From positions 240,001 to 272,000 of the forward strand of contig NC_003450.3 of the NCBI RefSeq assembly GCF_000011325.1: DNA of 32,000 bases. The letters are read 5' to 3'. Made by a program: the position numbers and the translations under genes. This document shows, in pieces, positions 24,596 through 32,000 of the stretch; position 1 is the first letter of the stretch; each line of letters begins with the position of its first letter. Origin of the DNA: Corynebacterium glutamicum ATCC 13032. Lineage in GTDB: Bacteria; Actinomycetota; Actinomycetes; Mycobacteriales; Mycobacteriaceae. A model generated the notes under the pieces. That model saw nothing but the letters and a program-made list of their open reading frames with translations. It had not been told where the DNA came from and ran no database searches.

Positions 24596-25678
24596 CTAGC
24601 GCTTTTCGACGTCCACTTTCTTCCCTTCTTTTACCCTTTTAACAGCTGCTAAGAAGGCAACATCGGACAGCAGCGGAATTCCTTTACGCTGGGCATGCAT
24701 CGCTTTGCCGTCAATGTCGCGGGTTTGATTGCACACCACCACTGAGGTTTGCCGGGTGAGCTTCTCAGAATAGGACAAATCTGCATCGACGCACGCTTGG
24801 ATAATGATGTCCGGATCCATCTCAATTTCCGGCGCGACCACAACTTCCATCCCAGCGATCAGCGTCTTTCCCGGCTCATACGTACCAGGGTTGACCAGCG
24901 TTGGCGAAGCTTCCTGCGCCTGCACCCGGATGATCGAGCGTTGCAAACCAAACTTATCGGCGCGCAAGGACTGGGGATCGATTTCCGCCAGCGGTCCTGA
25001 CTGCTTCAACGCACCATAAAGCCGTGCCACAAGCAAAGTTTCTTCGCGGCACAACTGGCGGTGCGACACCTGCGCGCGTTCCACCGACGCCTCCGCTGCA
25101 GGCGCGTCAAGGCCGAGGGTGTGTGCGACACCCCGGATGCGCACGTCGTCTAAAGCGATTGCTTGTCGACGCGCCGATGCAAGCGTATCGACGATCACCA
25201 GCGGCTTTGGGATGTGCCCCACGCGCTGCCTGCGGCGTCCGCGACCACCACGGCGATTTCCACGATTGCTGTTGCGATTGGCGCGCGCAGCATCATTCAT
25301 AGCGCGCTTGGCTTCGGAAACAATAAAGCCCCAACTTCGCGCAGCATTGTGGATCAACAGGGTACGACCATCGATGAGGCGGTCCAAGCTTTTCAAAATC
25401 TGGCCGAAACGCTTAGCGCTGGCAAATTCTTCCTCTGTCACGCCATGAAGGTGGAAGGGGCCAGGATCAGTTTTGGAATCCAACACGGCATGAAAAGTTT
25501 CCACCGGCTCCAAATTAGGGGACAGCGTTACCAAATCAATGGTGACCATGCGTGAAGTCGATGGGTGGATTCCACTTGATTGAATGCTGACGGAAACAAA
25601 AGGAGCCGCCTCAATAGCTTCTTGGCGCTCAGCTTCGATTCTTGCGGCGTGATCTTGTGATTCCGAAGTGGTGCTCAT
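24596..25678 (-). CDS. DnaQ-like (DEDDh-fold) protein with degenerate catalytic residues, an Arg/Gly-rich insert and a C-terminal BRCT-like domain
   Basis: Overall DnaQ pattern (FVSVSIQSSG...HLHGVTEEEF...LLIHNAARSWGF...SHRQL). The C-terminal ~80 aa are BRCT-like (GMEVVVAPEI...SVVVCNQ...GKAMHAQRKGIPLLSDVAFL). Same position as the dnaQ homologue next to leuA in mycobacteria (from memory). Confidence 0.8.
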   Translation of the reverse strand: MSTTSESQDHAARIEAERQEAIEAAPFVSVSIQSSGIHPSTSRMVTIDLVTLSPNLEPVETFHAVLDSKTDPGPFHLHGVTEEEFASAKRFGQILKSLDRLIDGRTLLIHNAARSWGFIVSEAKRAMNDAARANRNSNRGNRRGGRGRRRQRVGHIPKPLVIVDTLASARRQAIALDDVRIRGVAHTLGLDAPAAEASVERAQVSHRQLCREETLLVARLYGALKQSGPLAEIDPQSLRADKFGLQRSIIRVQAQEASPTLVNPGTYEPGKTLIAGMEVVVAPEIEMDPDIIIQACVDADLSYSEKLTRQTSVVVCNQTRDIDGKAMHAQRKGIPLLSDVAFLAAVKRVKEGKKVDVEKR

Positions 25679-26072
25679 TTTTACAACTCTAGTTGCTTAG
25701 AGAGGTTTCACAGCATTTCAAGGCATGCAAATGGTCGTTGATGGTTGTAGATGACCAAATCCATAGGATACCCGGGCATTTTCGATCACCTGGTGAAGAA
25801 AGGTTTAAAAACTGATGGTTGCACGCCCAGCTTGCGCAATCTAATGGGTGAAAAGCGCCGGGACTCGTTGGTACCAGACATAAGGCCCCAGAAAGCATGT
25901 TTTTTCAAGTTTTTGGGTCTCATGGTTTGGTCGCTCTCAAATTTCGACTTTGGCCTGGGTAGGTTATATCCCCCAGAGGTGCTTCTAATGGGTTTTGAGG
26001 GCCTTGGGCATACGAAAAATCATTTGAGAAAACTCGAGGCATGAAACAGGCTCTATATTCCTATCACCCACG

Positions 26073-26121
26073 AAACCGGTGGCAAGAATTTTCAACATCG
26101 TGGAATTCTTGCCACCGGTTT
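26073..26121 (-). terminator. Hairpin terminator downstream of leuA (possibly bidirectional)
   Basis: 18-bp perfect arms aaaccggtggcaagaatt (26073-26090) / aattcttgccaccggttt (26104-26121), about 30 nt after the leuA stop. The T-tract is short (TTTCGT). Confidence 0.7.
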
Positions 26122-26150
26122 GTAGAGCCTAGGGGGAGGCGTCGTAAAGC

Positions 26151-28079
<1,929 letters not shown>

Positions 28080-28136
28080 TTAAGACCTCTGGGACCCGCC
28101 GCGGCGAAGAAGAAGTAGATTCGCACGCGAAGTCAT
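28080..28136 (-). CDS. Leucine-rich leader peptide upstream of leuA (MTSRANLLLLRRGGSQRS)
   Basis: 18-codon ORF ATG ACT TCG CGT GCG AAT CTA CTT CTT CTT CGC CGC GGC GGG TCC CAG AGG TCT TAA, with four consecutive Leu codons, immediately upstream of the attenuator hairpins. Confidence 0.75.
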   Translation of the reverse strand: MTSRANLLLLRRGGSQRS

Positions 28137-28254
28137 GTGGTGAAGCATACAACAACTTTGTGGTGTGGGTAGCAACTCGGGGGAGTTTTCTTTTAAAAAA
28201 GCTTTTCGACGCCCAGTTCCAGTGCTGTCATGTCTCGGGGGGAACTTTGGAGTT

Positions 28255-29124
28255 TTACCTTTTCGATCCGGCCGGCATTGTGCTTGTACGAGACAGTGCA
28301 ATGGTGGAAACAATCATCACCAGTAGTGCGATGCCCATGGCGATCCATTCCCAGTCCACGACTTGGAATTTTTCGCCCAGAACCAAGTAGCCCAAACTGA
28401 AGGCAACAATTGGTTCGGCAATGGTCATGGCGGGTAGCGATTTTTGTAGTTCGCCAGCGTTAAAGGAATACTGCTGCACGATTGTTCCAAGTAATGCGGT
28501 GAGGATTAGGCCGTAGCCTTCCCAGTTCAAGATGAGTCCCGTTATGCCTTGATGGACAAAAAGATCCACCGCGGCTTTGGACATCACTGCTACGTAGCCA
28601 AACAATGCACCCGTCACAAGACCAAGGATGAGGGCTTTGTCCTTCTTTAATACGTATTCCGCAAGCAGCCACATTCCACCCATTACTGCAACGCCGACTA
28701 AAAGTACTGGAATCCATCGATCGAGTGGGGGGTGGGGGTTTCCGGGAAGGGGGCGTCCCAAAACGATCATGATGCCCACGGCTACGGTGAGGAGGGTAGC
28801 CCAGAAGATTTCAGTTCGGCGTAGTCGGTAGCCATTGAATCGTGCTGAGAGCGGCAGCGTGAACATCAGCGACAGGACAAGCACTGGTTGCACTACCAAG
28901 AGGGTGCCGAAACCAAGTGCTACTGTTTGTAAGAAATATGCCAGCATCGCGGTACTCATGCCTGCCCACCACATCGGTGTCATCAGAGCATTGAGTAAAG
29001 GTGAGCTCCTTAGGGAGCCATCTTTTGGGGTGCGGAGCGCGATCCGGTGTCTGACCACGGTGCCCCATGCGATTGTTAATGCCGATGCTAGGGCGAAAAG
29101 CACGGCGAGCAGATTGCTTTGCAC
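28255..29124 (-). CDS. DMT-superfamily-like integral membrane protein (about 10 TM helices)
   Basis: 289-aa, almost entirely hydrophobic ORF with a two-fold repeated 5-TM-like organisation. No specific substrate family recognisable. Confidence 0.7.
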   Translation of the reverse strand: MQSNLLAVLFALASALTIAWGTVVRHRIALRTPKDGSLRSSPLLNALMTPMWWAGMSTAMLAYFLQTVALGFGTLLVVQPVLVLSLMFTLPLSARFNGYRLRRTEIFWATLLTVAVGIMIVLGRPLPGNPHPPLDRWIPVLLVGVAVMGGMWLLAEYVLKKDKALILGLVTGALFGYVAVMSKAAVDLFVHQGITGLILNWEGYGLILTALLGTIVQQYSFNAGELQKSLPAMTIAEPIVAFSLGYLVLGEKFQVVDWEWIAMGIALLVMIVSTIALSRTSTMPAGSKR

Positions 29125-29370
29125 TTGATTCAGGGTAGTTGACTAAAGAGTTGCTCGCGAAGTAGCACCTGTCACTTTTGTCTCAAATATTAAATCGAAT
29201 ATCAATATATGGTCTGTTTATTGGAACGCGTCCCAGTGGCTGAGACGCATCCGCTAAAGCCCCAGGAACCCTGTGCAGAAAGAAAACACTCCTCTGGCTA
29301 GGTAGACACAGTTTATAAAGGTAGAGTTGAGCGGGTAACTGTCAGCACGTAGATCGAAAGGTGCACAAAG

Positions 29371-30636
29371 GTGGCCCTGGTCGTACAGAAATATGGCGGT
29401 TCCTCGCTTGAGAGTGCGGAACGCATTAGAAACGTCGCTGAACGGATCGTTGCCACCAAGAAGGCTGGAAATGATGTCGTGGTTGTCTGCTCCGCAATGG
29501 GAGACACCACGGATGAACTTCTAGAACTTGCAGCGGCAGTGAATCCCGTTCCGCCAGCTCGTGAAATGGATATGCTCCTGACTGCTGGTGAGCGTATTTC
29601 TAACGCTCTCGTCGCCATGGCTATTGAGTCCCTTGGCGCAGAAGCCCAATCTTTCACGGGCTCTCAGGCTGGTGTGCTCACCACCGAGCGCCACGGAAAC
29701 GCACGCATTGTTGATGTCACTCCAGGTCGTGTGCGTGAAGCACTCGATGAGGGCAAGATCTGCATTGTTGCTGGTTTCCAGGGTGTTAATAAAGAAACCC
29801 GCGATGTCACCACGTTGGGTCGTGGTGGTTCTGACACCACTGCAGTTGCGTTGGCAGCTGCTTTGAACGCTGATGTGTGTGAGATTTACTCGGACGTTGA
29901 CGGTGTGTATACCGCTGACCCGCGCATCGTTCCTAATGCACAGAAGCTGGAAAAGCTCAGCTTCGAAGAAATGCTGGAACTTGCTGCTGTTGGCTCCAAG
30001 ATTTTGGTGCTGCGCAGTGTTGAATACGCTCGTGCATTCAATGTGCCACTTCGCGTACGCTCGTCTTATAGTAATGATCCCGGCACTTTGATTGCCGGCT
30101 CTATGGAGGATATTCCTGTGGAAGAAGCAGTCCTTACCGGTGTCGCAACCGACAAGTCCGAAGCCAAAGTAACCGTTCTGGGTATTTCCGATAAGCCAGG
30201 CGAGGCTGCGAAGGTTTTCCGTGCGTTGGCTGATGCAGAAATCAACATTGACATGGTTCTGCAGAACGTCTCTTCTGTAGAAGACGGCACCACCGACATC
30301 ACCTTCACCTGCCCTCGTTCCGACGGCCGCCGCGCGATGGAGATCTTGAAGAAGCTTCAGGTTCAGGGCAACTGGACCAATGTGCTTTACGACGACCAGG
30401 TCGGCAAAGTCTCCCTCGTGGGTGCTGGCATGAAGTCTCACCCAGGTGTTACCGCAGAGTTCATGGAAGCTCTGCGCGATGTCAACGTGAACATCGAATT
30501 GATTTCCACCTCTGAGATTCGTATTTCCGTGCTGATCCGTGAAGATGATCTGGATGCTGCTGCACGTGCATTGCATGAGCAGTTCCAGCTGGGCGGCGAA
30601 GACGAAGCCGTCGTTTATGCAGGCACCGGACGCTAA
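29371..30636 (+). CDS. lysC: Aspartokinase (alpha subunit)
   Basis: GTG start ([19 protein letters not shown]), amino-acid kinase domain followed by two ACT domains. I recognise the sequence as C. glutamicum lysC. Codon 311 (30301-30303) is ACC (Thr). Confidence 0.96.
30118..30636 (+). CDS. lysC: Aspartokinase beta subunit (in-frame internal start within lysC)
   Basis: In-frame GTG at 30118 preceded by GGAGGA (30105-30110), giving a 172-aa ACT-domain protein. Matches the published nested-gene arrangement of corynebacterial lysC (from memory). Confidence 0.7.
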   Translation: MEEAVLTGVATDKSEAKVTVLGISDKPGEAAKVFRALADAEINIDMVLQNVSSVEDGTTDITFTCPRSDGRRAMEILKKLQVQGNWTNVLYDDQVGKVSLVGAGMKSHPGVTAEFMEALRDVNVNIELISTSEIRISVLIREDDLDAAARALHEQFQLGGEDEAVVYAGTGR

Positions 30637-30644
30637 AGTTTTAA

Positions 30645-31694
<1,050 letters not shown>

Positions 31695-31711
31695 AAACCC
31701 GCCATTAAAAA

Positions 31712-31746
31712 CTCCGCTTGAGTGCTACACTTTAAGCGGGGTTTTA
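31712..31746 (+). terminator. Intrinsic terminator after asd
   Basis: 8-bp stem ctccgctt / aagcgggg (one G-U pair) with a 14-nt loop, followed by tttt (31742-31745). Confidence 0.6.
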
Positions 31747-31760
31747 ATGTTTGAGGGGCG

Positions 31761-32000
31761 ATGGGGGTCGAGCTTGTGAAGTGGAATTTTCCACAAGTTT
31801 TAAGTTTCTTTAGCAGGGGAAACACTGCTGATAGCACTAGCGATAAAGAACATGAAAATGCAACGGAGCTAGCGGCCGAAGCTTTAGCGGATGTCATTTT
31901 TCAGTGGAAAAACTGGGTCTACCGACGCGTTGATAGTGTGCATCCATCCGAAGGAGCTCGAGGGAGACTCAGACACTCCATGGATTGCGAACCTCCACCT
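31761..32000 (+). CDS. Possible 5' part of a hypothetical protein running off the window end
   Basis: ATG at 31761 opens 80 codons with no stop to the window end. No recognisable motif, and several rare codons (TTA, AGG, AGA, CTA). The evidence is weak. Confidence 0.25.
   Translation, partial: MGVELVKWNFPQVLSFFSRGNTADSTSDKEHENATELAAEALADVIFQWKNWVYRRVDSVHPSEGARGRLRHSMDCEPPP

Noticed and set aside
29125-29370. Lysine (L-box) riboswitch or other structured leader upstream of lysC.
   Set aside because: The leader is AT-rich with only one short hairpin (gcgtc...gacgc). It is too short and too unstructured for an L-box by eye. I could not place the promoter hexamers confidently, so no promoter feature is reported.

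Overview
This window reads as an actinobacterial core chromosome. From memory of the lysC-asd, leuA and dnaX-ybaB-recR sequences it is most consistent with Corynebacterium glutamicum; no database search was possible. Gene order: DASS dicarboxylate symporter (5' end outside the window), tRNA-Arg(ACG), tyrA, an acidic partner gene coupled to tadA, csbD, tRNA-Ser(CGA), a small membrane protein, an MMPL/RND transporter, tgt, a convergent YhhQ-type queuosine-precursor transporter, an unknown P-loop protein coupled to an ABC-exporter-like protein with a degenerate ATPase domain, gluQ, a secreted dioxygenase-like lipoprotein, a decayed IS3-family element, tRNA-Ser(GGA), SRP (4.5S) RNA, aspartate aminotransferase, a hypothetical protein, dnaX, ybaB, recR, a 72-bp tandem-repeat array, gatD-murT, a DnaQ-like/BRCT protein, leuA with a Leu-rich leader peptide and attenuator, a DMT-like membrane protein, lysC (with nested beta subunit) and asd. 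Most of it is ordinary housekeeping DNA. I see no defence island, CRISPR array, toxin-antitoxin pair or biosynthetic cluster. Five things are worth a second look. (1) A queuosine-related neighbourhood (tgt, yhhQ-like, gluQ) encloses two uncharacterised, translationally coupled genes: a SIMIBI-like P-loop protein and an ABC-exporter-fold protein whose Walker A, signature and Walker B motifs are all degenerate. (2) Tgt lacks the three zinc-ligand cysteines and has an altered substrate pocket. (3) The recR/gatD convergent gap holds six structured 72-74 bp tandem repeats. (4) The DnaQ-like protein has four of its five catalytic positions substituted and carries an Arg/Gly-rich insert. (5) A decayed IS3-like element sits in about 2 kb of orphan DNA next to tRNA-Ser, bounded by a tRNA 3'-end-like remnant. 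All homology statements rest on motif recognition by eye and memory, not on searches.
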